Counted from the stretch's first letter, positions 7,878-16,991 are shown. The stretch: 28,002 bases of DNA from a virus (IMGVR_UViG_3300043372_000062:1-28002); one strand, 5' to 3'. Translations and numbers: made by a program. Notes: a model not told the origin generated them from the sequence alone.

Positions 7878-9836
7878 CTATCCTTTTTTAGCTGTTTTTG
7901 TTGATTCAAGTTTTACAGGTATTCCATTTAATTTGCTAGGATCATAACCTGTTACTTCTCCTCCATCTACTTTTACATTAACTAACAATTCTCCTTTATT
8001 TTGAAAATCCATAAAAGGATTCATACTACCAAAATTATTTTGTTTTCCTGATAAGTTTTCAGGTGTAGGATTTGACCATACAGCAGGTACAGAATTACCC
8101 ATAAACCCTGTTGGAATAGATTTATCATACATAGAAACTTTTGCGTTTTCTAATTCATTAGAAATTCCTTTCAATCCTCCAAAACCAGGAATCCTACTCA
8201 TAATATTTGTAATTCTAATTAATGAATCTAAAATACTATTTTTTAAAATATCGCCTAAAGCTGAAAATGCTTTCGTTATACCTCCTTCTTGAAAAGCCTT
8301 TGTCAAATAACTCCAATTATCATAAATATCAATTATAAAATTTAACATAGTTCCTAAAGGACTTGCTAAAGCTAATATTGTTCTACCCCATTCGTCAAAA
8401 TGATTAATAACATCATTTACCAAAACTCCTAGCAAAACAAATCCACCTATAATTAATGCTATCCAACCACCTAAAGCTAATGATGAAATTCCTATCGCTC
8501 CTGCTGCTAAAGAAAATGAAACTCCAATTCCTTCAATTAATGTTACAACCCAAGTTAAAGTACGAAACCATGCAAAAAATGAATATATTTTTGCCATCCA
8601 ACCAAATACAGTAAATACAGCACCTAAAGCAGCAAAAGCTCCTACAAGTTTTAAAATACCTGTTACTGCTCCAGGATTTTCTTTTAAAAATCTAGTTGTT
8701 GATTCCAAAACAGGTTTCATTTGTTTTGATAATTGAGTAAGTGCAGGAAGCAGAGCATCTCCAATAGTAATAGATAAATCTAATAATTGATTTGTAAGTC
8801 TTTTTAATTGCGACCTTCTATTGTCAGAACGTTCTGCATAAGCCTTATTTAATTCATTGTTGGTTTCATTTAAAATATCATTGTAAGCAGTTGTATATTG
8901 ATTAAGTCCTTTTTGGTTTTTAAGCAAAACTCCAATACCAACAGAAGCTCCTGCTCTACCCCAAATTTGGTCTTGGTTATATCCCAATTCCTCTCCTTTT
9001 TTTAATATCTGTGCAAATGATAATAAAACATCTTTTTTGTTTCTTGCAACTAATTTTGAAAATGAAGTAATGTTTAATTGCTTAAATATCTTTTTAAATG
9101 CTCCAGCACCTTTTGCAGCACTTCTAGTCATTAATCCAATTTGAGAAATTGCTGACGATTGTGTTTGATTTACCGCTGTTAAACCTGCAATCATAGCATC
9201 GTATTGAGCAGAAGTACCTCCAACAAGTCCAAATGGAACAGCACCTTCTGAATAAGTAGGAGATAATTGAGCAAGTGTACCTTTACCATGCTTCATAATT
9301 TTTTGAGCTTGGTTTGCTGATTGTTGAGCAGTTAAATTTTCAGAAGCAAATGCACCTTGTTTAGCAAGTATTAATTCAGTAGCATCCTGCATTGTTCCTA
9401 TACCACCAATAGAAAGTTTTTCAGCAGCTTTTAAAATACCCATTACGTTTGGTTGTTTAACACCTGCTGACAATAAATCGTAATACGATTCCGTAATATT
9501 ATCTAAACCACTTACACTTTCTTTTGCTAATTCCCTTACTTGTTTTGCTAAAATTCCTAAACCTGTTGGTGTTTCATGTAAAATAGTATTTATTTTACCC
9601 ATCTGATCTTCAAACTGAATCGCATCATTTACAGGCTTTATAAATGATGCTCCAATAATAGAAGAAGTTAATAACATTCTTGAACCTAAAGCAGTCATTT
9701 TACGACCAATTCTTTGAGAAGCACCCTCGGCAGCAGTACCAAAACTACCTACGTTTCTTTGCATTGTATTTATAACACCACTAAACCTATCAACAGCAGT
9801 AAATATTGTAGGAACTCTCATTGTTGCTATTGCCAT
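7878..9836 (-). CDS. Tail tape measure protein (TP901-family core); start moved to ATG at 9836
   Basis: IFTAVDRFS N-terminus, A..FE..M..I, IGDALLP motifs, hydrophobic C-half; follows tail chaperone. The ORF-track start (9863) lies inside a terminator hairpin. Confidence 0.92.
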   Translation of the reverse strand: MAIATMRVPTIFTAVDRFSGVINTMQRNVGSFGTAAEGASQRIGRKMTALGSRMLLTSSIIGASFIKPVNDAIQFEDQMGKINTILHETPTGLGILAKQVRELAKESVSGLDNITESYYDLLSAGVKQPNVMGILKAAEKLSIGGIGTMQDATELILAKQGAFASENLTAQQSANQAQKIMKHGKGTLAQLSPTYSEGAVPFGLVGGTSAQYDAMIAGLTAVNQTQSSAISQIGLMTRSAAKGAGAFKKIFKQLNITSFSKLVARNKKDVLLSFAQILKKGEELGYNQDQIWGRAGASVGIGVLLKNQKGLNQYTTAYNDILNETNNELNKAYAERSDNRRSQLKRLTNQLLDLSITIGDALLPALTQLSKQMKPVLESTTRFLKENPGAVTGILKLVGAFAALGAVFTVFGWMAKIYSFFAWFRTLTWVVTLIEGIGVSFSLAAGAIGISSLALGGWIALIIGGFVLLGVLVNDVINHFDEWGRTILALASPLGTMLNFIIDIYDNWSYLTKAFQEGGITKAFSALGDILKNSILDSLIRITNIMSRIPGFGGLKGISNELENAKVSMYDKSIPTGFMGNSVPAVWSNPTPENLSGKQNNFGSMNPFMDFQNKGELLVNVKVDGGEVTGYDPSKLNGIPVKLESTKTAKKG

Positions 9837-9851
9837 AATATTTTTTTTTAT

Positions 9852-9891
9852 AAAAAAACCCAAAGCAGTTTTACTACTGGCTTTGGGTTTT
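9852..9891 (-). terminator. Intrinsic terminator between tail chaperone and tape measure gene
   Basis: AAAACCCAAAG-C-CAGT loop ACTG-CTTTGGGTTTT, ending in T7. Confidence 0.8.
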
Positions 9892-9897
9892 GTTTAA

Positions 9898-10071
9898 TTA
9901 TTTTTTATTTCTTAAATTATCTAATCTTAAAAGTTCATTGTACCAATACAAAATACCTTTAAAATCAAAATCATCACAATACATATTTTCAATCGTTTTT
10001 GGTGTCCAATGGTAATTATCAACAATACTCATTATCATATTGTCTAAACCATCAAAGCACCAATTACGAAA
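9898..10071 (-). CDS. Frameshift extension of tail assembly chaperone (P2 gpE'/lambda gpT analogue; not in ORF track)
   Basis: Open frame FRNWCFDGLDNMIMSIVDNYHWTPKTIENMYCDDFDFKGILYWYNELLRLDNLRNKK* contains the HW.P..I..M....W motif of gpE'-type extensions and overlaps the chaperone end at a T6 run. Confidence 0.75.
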   Translation of the reverse strand, partial: FRNWCFDGLDNMIMSIVDNYHWTPKTIENMYCDDFDFKGILYWYNELLRLDNLRNKK

Positions 10072-10489
10072 AAATTGAACCTACTTGCGAAATTACATCA
10101 TAATCATAAGCACTAAACTTATCTAACATTGCAACTGGCTGACTAATTATATAACTTGTCATTCTTAATTGCAAAGTAAAGATTTCATTTTGTGGATGTA
10201 ATCCTTTTGCCAAATCTGCCAAAGTCAAAGGTTTAATTCTTGTCTTAAATGTTACCTCCGATATTGAAACATCGCCCTTGTCATTTTTAATAGGACTTGA
10301 TAATTTAAATACAGGTAAACCTTCTGAATCAAAACTTAAAAAACCATCCATAATAGCATCTAATACATCAGGATAACCCTTTTCTAAATCATCATTGGTA
10401 GCAGGTACTCTAACGTGCTTTTTTACATATTTGTTTACTAAAGTACCTAATTCCGCAATTGCAACTTCCTTTTCAATTACTGTTTTCAT
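10064..10489 (-). CDS. Tail assembly chaperone
   Basis: Between tube and tape measure; FKL..PI...ISEVTF, LDK....DY..I ending; T6 slippery run near stop. Confidence 0.85.
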   Translation of the reverse strand: MKTVIEKEVAIAELGTLVNKYVKKHVRVPATNDDLEKGYPDVLDAIMDGFLSFDSEGLPVFKLSSPIKNDKGDVSISEVTFKTRIKPLTLADLAKGLHPQNEIFTLQLRMTSYIISQPVAMLDKFSAYDYDVISQVGSIFS

Positions 10490-10511
10490 TTTTCCTTTTC
10501 TTTATTAATTA

Positions 10512-10919
10512 TTAAATTGTTTCTAAAAATCCTGCTCCTGCTACTTTCAAAGTCATTACAGCAGTATTTGAATCCGATTGAATATCTCCAACAGGACTGC
10601 CTTTTCCTTTCAAAATAGCACCAGAAATGTGTGAAATAGTCCAAATTCCCTCAACAGGAGAACCTGACATTAAATTCAAACTATCTTCTTCGTAACCACT
10701 AACCAAATCAACTGCAATAGGACAATCAAACATCCATCTTGTATTGTTAATTTGTCTAATGTTTTGACCATTTGAAGTCAATTGACTTTGATCGTCATTG
10801 GTTCTTCTACCACCTTTATCAAGGTTTCCACTTTCGTTTGCTTTTGGAGAGTAACGATATGTATTACCTAAATGGTTACAAGTAATATCTAATATATCTC
10901 CACCTAAAAATACTGCCAT
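10512..10919 (-). CDS. Tail tube protein
   Basis: 135 aa beta-rich protein immediately after sheath. Confidence 0.85.
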   Translation of the reverse strand: MAVFLGGDILDITCNHLGNTYRYSPKANESGNLDKGGRRTNDDQSQLTSNGQNIRQINNTRWMFDCPIAVDLVSGYEEDSLNLMSGSPVEGIWTISHISGAILKGKGSPVGDIQSDSNTAVMTLKVAGAGFLETI

Positions 10920-10937
10920 AACTTATATCTTTTAAAA

Positions 10938-12458
10938 TTAAAATCCTGCTTTAACTGTTGTACTCTCAATTCTTGCAATTCCAGTAGTTTTGTAGTCAAA
11001 AGCAGTTTCAAATCTGTTTGGATTTGTGTTGCTAATTTGAACTTGTAAACTGCTTTTAGAAAATGCTGCATCTTTTAATAAAGCCTTTTGAGCTAAATTA
11101 TCAAACATTTCATAAACAACCGATTTCCAATCCATAGGTTTAACACAACCATCTACATCAACTAATTGTGTATCTGAAATTAATGTTTTATCTCGCAAAT
11201 ACAATTTCTCTAAAGTAATGTAAGTATCTTTTACGTTAAAATGAATGTTCAACGTTCTTGGATAAGCATATAATAATGGTGTTTCTCCTTCTGGATGATA
11301 TGTAGTTACCAAATCTTGTACTTTGTAAGTACCATTTTCAAGTATTACAGTTGAACAACCTTTTTTTACCAAGTAATCTCTGTTGTTGTAATCGCTCATA
11401 TCTCCAATTACTCCATCAACTGGAACTGGCATATCAGGGTAACTTAAATTATTTACGTCTAAATGTGGTGTATTTTGAAAAGTAACTGCTACTAAAGCTG
11501 CTACGTTTGCACTAGCTTCAAACTTAAATCCATCAGAATTTGGTGCAACACAAATTACGTTTGTAACTTGGTCTATTCTGTCAGCATCATCAGTAATATC
11601 AGATAAATCAAATCTATTTTCATCTGTTTCTCCAAAATAAGCACAAAATGGTTTAAATACTAATCCTGAATAACGACCTGTTGGATTTGTGTCATTTGGA
11701 ACTCCATTAAATTGTTCTAAAACATCTAATTGTGCAGTTCCATAAGGATTAAGTACAATAGTGTACCAATCATCTCCAAATTGAGCTAAAGCACCAGATA
11801 TATCTACTGAACCTGAACCATAAGATTCATCCGTTTGACTGTAAGATAAACCTGCTGTTTCTGTTCCTGTATCAACTGTTATTTTTAATTGTGCGCTAGT
11901 TGTACCTGCCCATTTAGATTCAAAAGTTACAACTCCTGCTGTTCTTGATGCTGTTGCAGGTGCGCCTAAAACTGCGTTTATTGCATTACGCATTTTAGTT
12001 GCAATATCAGTAGGTTCATCTCCTACTACTACATCGTAAGAATAAGGCTTAAAGTCTAAATCGTAACGACCATTAACAACTAATCTGTGAGTAGTGTTTT
12101 TTGTCGCTGTACCTGTTACAGTAATTTCAATACTTGTTGCAGTTGCTCCACCTGAACTAATTTGTGGAAAAACTATTGTTGGAATACCTCCAACTCCATC
12201 AGATCCTTTTGGTCTTAAAATACACATTTGTCTGTGTATTGGAGAACCATAACCATATAATAATCCTGCTTCATCTGAACTTGTAACTTCTCTTTTTGTA
12301 GTAGTTAAACCCATTTGATTTGCAGTATTAGCTTCTCCAAGTACCGCTATAATTTGAGGTAAATTTGGCGTTTCCTTGCTAAAGAAACCTTTTTTAATGT
12401 TGTAACCGCTTACTCTTGAAATTCTTTCTGAACCAACGGCAGTTGATATTGTTCCCAT
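10938..12458 (-). CDS. Contractile tail sheath protein (Mu gpL-like)
   Basis: A..LYG.GS, F.SKW.G, L...G.ST, LVTTY, NPNR motifs; 506 aa. Confidence 0.93.
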   Translation of the reverse strand: MGTISTAVGSERISRVSGYNIKKGFFSKETPNLPQIIAVLGEANTANQMGLTTTKREVTSSDEAGLLYGYGSPIHRQMCILRPKGSDGVGGIPTIVFPQISSGGATATSIEITVTGTATKNTTHRLVVNGRYDLDFKPYSYDVVVGDEPTDIATKMRNAINAVLGAPATASRTAGVVTFESKWAGTTSAQLKITVDTGTETAGLSYSQTDESYGSGSVDISGALAQFGDDWYTIVLNPYGTAQLDVLEQFNGVPNDTNPTGRYSGLVFKPFCAYFGETDENRFDLSDITDDADRIDQVTNVICVAPNSDGFKFEASANVAALVAVTFQNTPHLDVNNLSYPDMPVPVDGVIGDMSDYNNRDYLVKKGCSTVILENGTYKVQDLVTTYHPEGETPLLYAYPRTLNIHFNVKDTYITLEKLYLRDKTLISDTQLVDVDGCVKPMDWKSVVYEMFDNLAQKALLKDAAFSKSSLQVQISNTNPNRFETAFDYKTTGIARIESTTVKAGF

Positions 12459-12461
12459 ATT

Positions 12462-13079
12462 TTAATTATTAAAAATTAATTTTACTCCTTTTGATGTATT
12501 TTCGTAATTGATTTTAGTATTGTTTCCTTGTAAAGCAACTCCTTCCCACAATGCTTGATTTTCTTGAACTCCAACTATAAAAATTGTTCTAGCAAATCTA
12601 ATGTAAGAAGCATCGTAATTTGAGTGATTTCCAAAGTTTGAGTAATCTGTATCTACCATTATTCTTTTAATGTATTTCGTACCAATTAATCCTGGAGGAA
12701 ACAATAAAGTAGGCATTTTACCTGAACTTAAAATATATCTGATTAATCCTAAATATCTGTAAAGTTTTGTTTTTGAAACAATACTTGGAAGTGTAGTATC
12801 TTGACCATATCCCGAACAAAATAAATCAATAAAATACATACAATTACCTCTTACATCTCTTTGAGTATAACCTTCAAAATCATCTTCTTTAAAAGCTACT
12901 GTAATTCCTACATCTTCTTCTTTTGAAAATGGTTCAATGCGCTCTAAAAAAACTTCTACATTTTCTTCAAAACCTTGAATCTGTATTTGGTTTTCAATTT
13001 CTTCTGCTAAAATTTCTGCAATTCTATTCGTAACTAAACCAAAGCCTTGTAATGGTATTGTTTCTGTTAATATTGCCAT
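12462..13079 (-). CDS. Tail terminator / tail completion protein
   Basis: Position directly before sheath; size and alpha/beta pattern. Confidence 0.6.
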   Translation of the reverse strand: MAILTETIPLQGFGLVTNRIAEILAEEIENQIQIQGFEENVEVFLERIEPFSKEEDVGITVAFKEDDFEGYTQRDVRGNCMYFIDLFCSGYGQDTTLPSIVSKTKLYRYLGLIRYILSSGKMPTLLFPPGLIGTKYIKRIMVDTDYSNFGNHSNYDASYIRFARTIFIVGVQENQALWEGVALQGNNTKINYENTSKGVKLIFNN

Positions 13080-13081
13080 AA

Positions 13082-13471
13082 TTAAATCGGTTTATAATCT
13101 CCTAACCAAATTGTAATAAGTCCTAAATTCTCGTCTGGTACATTCTCTCTAATGATGTAATTCTTTATAGTTCCTGTACTGTCTGCAAAATTTACTTTGT
13201 GATACTTCAAATCAACTTCTTCAATTCCTTTCTTTGATGTTCTTACAGGATAACCTTGTGATGTTAATGCTAATTCATCTATCGTACAATGTACGTTTTT
13301 AGTATTTACTTGGTTTCCATCTGAATCAAAAGAACCTGCTACTTTTACCGCCCATCCTTGAATGTTTGCTGTCTTTGTACCATCTGGAGTTATAATTTCT
13401 AGTGAGATATTATAACCTCCAGAATTGACAAATTTTTTAGCATCTCTTTTAACTAAATCAAAAAAATTCAT
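13082..13471 (-). CDS. Head closure / head-tail joining protein (lambda FII-like)
   Basis: Position after capsid; C-terminal Y.I.E..PD..LG.I.I.L motif. Confidence 0.65.
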   Translation of the reverse strand: MNFFDLVKRDAKKFVNSGGYNISLEIITPDGTKTANIQGWAVKVAGSFDSDGNQVNTKNVHCTIDELALTSQGYPVRTSKKGIEEVDLKYHKVNFADSTGTIKNYIIRENVPDENLGLITIWLGDYKPI

Positions 13472-13476
13472 TTAGA

Positions 13477-13728
13477 TTATTTTTGAGTTTTTGGCTTTTT
13501 TGCTACTACAACTTTTTCTTCTACAACTTCAATATTTGCAGATTCAGTTTCAGCTTTAGTTTCAACTTTAGTTTCAGTTGTAGGCTCTACTACTAATTCA
13601 ATAAAACCAGCATCAACTAATCCTTTTACATCTGATGTTAATTGACTTTCATCAACAACCTCGTTGCACTTGCCAACGAGATTGTTTTTTAATGAATGTG
13701 CTATAACTAATATTTTATACTTTGCCAT
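13477..13728 (-). CDS. Small capsid-associated protein (lambda FI-like position)
   Basis: 83 aa after capsid gene; LV.AGFIE motif then low-complexity E/T/K tail. Confidence 0.5.
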   Translation of the reverse strand: MAKYKILVIAHSLKNNLVGKCNEVVDESQLTSDVKGLVDAGFIELVVEPTTETKVETKAETESANIEVVEEKVVVAKKPKTQK

Positions 13729-13745
13729 GATTTCAGCTTTTTAAA

Positions 13746-14837
13746 TTATGCTAAAACTTGCATTGTGTAAATCTTATCAATCGTAAATGGAACTACCAAT
13801 GGTGCAGAAGTTAATTCGATTGTGCTTGACATAGTTTTTTCATCACTATATGGTCTAATCAAATAATTTGCTTCTACGATTCCAGGTATTCTAGTTGTTT
13901 TACCTGCAATTGAAACTTCATTCATTGTTGGTAAACCACCAAAAATAGTTTTTCCTTGAAAATCATCTGGCATCATTACAACCAAATTTTCAGCTAAATA
14001 ATACTGTGTAGCACCATTAGCATCAGTATATTTTTCGTTGTAAGTCCAAAGGTTTACATTGAAATCTCCTGCTGCAACCATACCATGATATGCAAAACCT
14101 GAAACTCCTTCAAATTGTGGCATATTAATATTGATACGTTGAATTTGTTGGATAACATTTGCACCTTGCTCTTTTACTTGTGTAGTAGCTAATAACGCTT
14201 CCAAAGCAGCAGAACGCATTACAACGTTTACAGAAGATCCACCTGAATTACCAACATTTCTCAAAAAGTCTAAACCTTTACGAATATCAGTTAATGGTGT
14301 AGCAGTAGCAGATACTGACCAATAATCTCCAGCAGTATCAACATTTACCATTGAAGTAGCTTTACGCTTGAAATCAATGTTATCTCCGTTTACCAATGTT
14401 ACAATACCTGTTTGCAAAACATCAGCTTGTTGTTTACGGATTGCACGAATAATCATGTTACGATTTTTCTCAACACCTTTAAAAGCATTGGTAGCAATGA
14501 TTCTGTTTACTTGTGCATTTTCTAAACCTACTCCTAAAGAAATGTTATTCATGTAAACATTATCTCTATTGAAATCATAATCCAATTTAAAATAAGGTGG
14601 AATATATTTCTTTTCTGTAACTTTTGAACTTTTTGTTTTGTTTCCTTCGGTAAATCTAACAACATCAACTGCTATTAAATCATTATCTCTTTGAACTTCA
14701 ACATCTACTTCGTAAGTAGGTGTAGTTTCTTCTGGAAACCAAGCAGCGAATCCTGTTCTTACAGGTATCATTTCTTCAAATTTACCAACAATCTTTTTGG
14801 TTAGTAAATTACTGTGTTCTTGAATTGAAATTGCCAT
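13746..14837 (-). CDS. Major capsid protein (lambda gpE family)
   Basis: 363 aa; FP...T....V..EV.R....IA..V, PPYFK, L.TG.V, WS, S.PL.VP motifs of Phage_cap_E. Confidence 0.93.
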   Translation of the reverse strand: MAISIQEHSNLLTKKIVGKFEEMIPVRTGFAAWFPEETTPTYEVDVEVQRDNDLIAVDVVRFTEGNKTKSSKVTEKKYIPPYFKLDYDFNRDNVYMNNISLGVGLENAQVNRIIATNAFKGVEKNRNMIIRAIRKQQADVLQTGIVTLVNGDNIDFKRKATSMVNVDTAGDYWSVSATATPLTDIRKGLDFLRNVGNSGGSSVNVVMRSAALEALLATTQVKEQGANVIQQIQRININMPQFEGVSGFAYHGMVAAGDFNVNLWTYNEKYTDANGATQYYLAENLVVMMPDDFQGKTIFGGLPTMNEVSIAGKTTRIPGIVEANYLIRPYSDEKTMSSTIELTSAPLVVPFTIDKIYTMQVLA

Positions 14838-14839
14838 AA

Positions 14840-15607
14840 TTAATTATCGAATTTAGAAAGCTCGGTTACGTTGTTTAAAACGAATCCTAAAGCGGTTAAT
14901 ACATCTTTTAATGCTTTTGAACCTACAATGGTATCAAGGGTAACTCCTGTTGGTAAAATTAGTAATGAAGCATCAATATCTCCATTTAATGCGTAATTAG
15001 CAGTTAATGAAGCTGCATCAGCCATTAAATTTTCTCCTTCAATTTTTAAAATACCAATAACGTTTGCTAATGTAGCAGAAGTAGCAGGACTGAAACCTTC
15101 ATCAACACCACTTGTACCACCTACAATTGTAAATGTTGGAGCAGTACCTGTTCCTGTTGCTGATAAGTTTGTTTTGTTTCCAACTGTTGAAGCTGTAAAA
15201 ACTACTTCATCAAAATCTAATGTTTGAGCTGAACCAGTTGAGTAATTAGCTAAAGCACCAGAATAAGTACCTGTTGCTGTTCCAGCACCTGTTGTAGCAC
15301 CAACAGCTAAATTTGCAAAAGCAGTAGCCAATTGTTGAGCAGTTGTAGCAGCAGTTGAAGTGTAAGTTAAACCTGCAATAATCATAGTTTGACCTGTTGT
15401 CAATGCTACAAATTTAGCTGTTGCAGTTTCAAATGTACCTGAATTTCTTACTACTAAAATACCATCTTTAGCTAAAATAGATTCTCCAATGTTGTTTATA
15501 AAAACACCATTTCCAAAACGATTTCCGTAAGTAAAAACTTGTTGTTGTTGAATATCAACCGTTGATTGATTTCTAGTTGCATTTCTTTGAGTTGCGTATA
15601 TTCCCAT
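14840..15607 (-). CDS. Head decoration protein (lambda gpD position) with inserted Thr/Ala/Gly-rich domain
   Basis: Between protease and capsid; G.LVVR...P.....VIGIL...G.ID...L.LP core split by a ~110-aa insert. Confidence 0.75.
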   Translation of the reverse strand: MGIYATQRNATRNQSTVDIQQQQVFTYGNRFGNGVFINNIGESILAKDGILVVRNSGTFETATAKFVALTTGQTMIIAGLTYTSTAATTAQQLATAFANLAVGATTGAGTATGTYSGALANYSTGSAQTLDFDEVVFTASTVGNKTNLSATGTGTAPTFTIVGGTSGVDEGFSPATSATLANVIGILKIEGENLMADAASLTANYALNGDIDASLLILPTGVTLDTIVGSKALKDVLTALGFVLNNVTELSKFDN

Positions 15608-15619
15608 CTTTTAAATTAT

Positions 15620-15952
15620 TTAAAGTTTAAAATTAAAAGCAGATTCAATTTCTTTATCATGCTCACTTTTTTCATTCAATTCAGTAGGAGTTCCTTCTGT
15701 TACAATAGCAGGTGCATTATCAGATTTTAAATCTTCTAATTTTCCTTTTTGTGCCATCTTAACTAGGAAACTATGTGATTGAGTTTGTGTAATCTCTAAA
15801 CCACTAGCTATTCCTTCTGATACTGCTTTCGGATCTGCTTCCGAATAAGCCATCCAAGAACTTACTCGCTCTTGTTCCAATTTAACTCCTTCGCTTACTA
15901 TCTCTTGGTAAGCATCTGGAAATTGGCTTTTAAATTCTGATTTGTTCATCAT
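15620..15952 (-). CDS. Putative nested in-frame scaffolding protein (internal start MMNKSEFK)
   Basis: Internal ATGATG preceded by A/T-rich AATATTAATTCAAATTTAAAA resembling the start regions of other genes here; analogous to lambda Nu3 within C. Confidence 0.6.
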   Translation of the reverse strand: MMNKSEFKSQFPDAYQEIVSEGVKLEQERVSSWMAYSEADPKAVSEGIASGLEITQTQSHSFLVKMAQKGKLEDLKSDNAPAIVTEGTPTELNEKSEHDKEIESAFNFKL

Positions 15953-16873
15953 TTTTAAATTTGAATTAATATTTGTTGTTGTTGCTGTTCTAGTTTGTAA
16001 TAAAATGTTTTTTATAACTTCTGATTTTGTAGATATACCATCTATAAATTTACCTACTGAATCCTTTGCAAATTCATCGTGTCCATCGCTAAAATCAGTT
16101 CCTTTGAGTATTGGTCTATTGTTTTCAATCAAACTCAAAAATCTTTCATTAACAGGATTAAGTAAATCATTTACAATTAATGTGTAATTATCTTTATTTA
16201 ATGCTTGTTCAAAACCTTCGTTTTTCTTAACTGATTTTGTTGCGTATAATCTGATGTGCTTTTCTCCTTCTCCATCTGTTGTATTTGCTTCTCTACCTTC
16301 AAACTGAATCATAGTTCCACAACTTCCAACTGTACTCATTTCACTTTCAGCATAAATCTTTTCGCAAGAACTTAAAATACCATAAGCTGCACTAGCAGCC
16401 ATTCCACCTTTTTTAATCAATCCGAATACTGGTTTAGTTTTTCTAATTTCAGAAATAGCATCTGTAATTATTTCTACTGCCATTGTCGAACCACCACCTG
16501 AATTAGCATATATTAAAAACCCTTTTATGTTTTCATTTTTGCTTAACTCTAACATACTTTCAGATAGTTCAGTCATTCCACAACTTGACATTCCACCACC
16601 TACTGTTATTGCACCATTAAGATTTATTACTGCAATACCTTGTATATCTTCATTTGTCGGTTCGTAATCTTCACATTCTTCGTAATCTTCATAATCATCA
16701 CAATCATCACTTTTTGTATTTAAAACTGAAATAGAATTATATTTCACTTTTGGCAACTCTAAATTTTGACCATTTTTTGAATTTGAAATAATTTGAAGCA
16801 TTGCTGGTAATGTTTTGGAATCTACACTCCAAACACCCATTCCATAAACCTCTTTTGCTAATTCAAAATTCAT
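15620..16873 (-). CDS. Prohead protease (peptidase S49) fused to scaffold (lambda C/Nu3-like)
   Basis: IAVINLNGAI, NSGGG, KPV, MAASAAY, VGSCG, G.FIDGI S49 motifs; C-terminal E.ERV helical scaffold domain. Confidence 0.92.
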   Translation of the reverse strand: MNFELAKEVYGMGVWSVDSKTLPAMLQIISNSKNGQNLELPKVKYNSISVLNTKSDDCDDYEDYEECEDYEPTNEDIQGIAVINLNGAITVGGGMSSCGMTELSESMLELSKNENIKGFLIYANSGGGSTMAVEIITDAISEIRKTKPVFGLIKKGGMAASAAYGILSSCEKIYAESEMSTVGSCGTMIQFEGREANTTDGEGEKHIRLYATKSVKKNEGFEQALNKDNYTLIVNDLLNPVNERFLSLIENNRPILKGTDFSDGHDEFAKDSVGKFIDGISTKSEVIKNILLQTRTATTTNINSNLKMMNKSEFKSQFPDAYQEIVSEGVKLEQERVSSWMAYSEADPKAVSEGIASGLEITQTQSHSFLVKMAQKGKLEDLKSDNAPAIVTEGTPTELNEKSEHDKEIESAFNFKL

Positions 16874-16896
16874 ATTTTCTTTATTAATTATAAAGC

Positions 16897-16930
16897 AAAA
16901 AACAGCTCGTAAAAATTAATCTACGGCTGT
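16897..16930 (-). terminator. Terminator-like hairpin in the leader of the head operon
   Basis: ACAGCCGTAG loop TTACG-A-GCTGT followed by T5. Confidence 0.55.
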
Positions 16931-16983
16931 ATTATTTATTTTTATTAATTCTTTGTTTCACAACAATAAATTATTTGTTAGGA

Positions 16984-16991
16984 CAAATGTA
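16984..16991 (-). promoter_or_regulatory. -7 promoter box TACATTTG for head/tail operon
   Basis: + strand caaatgta in the intergenic region 110 nt upstream of the protease ATG. Confidence 0.7.

Noticed and set aside
9837-9863. ORF-track N-terminal extension of the tape measure protein (MGFFIKKNI)
   Set aside because: TTG start lies in the terminator stem; ATG at 9836 has the normal A-rich context
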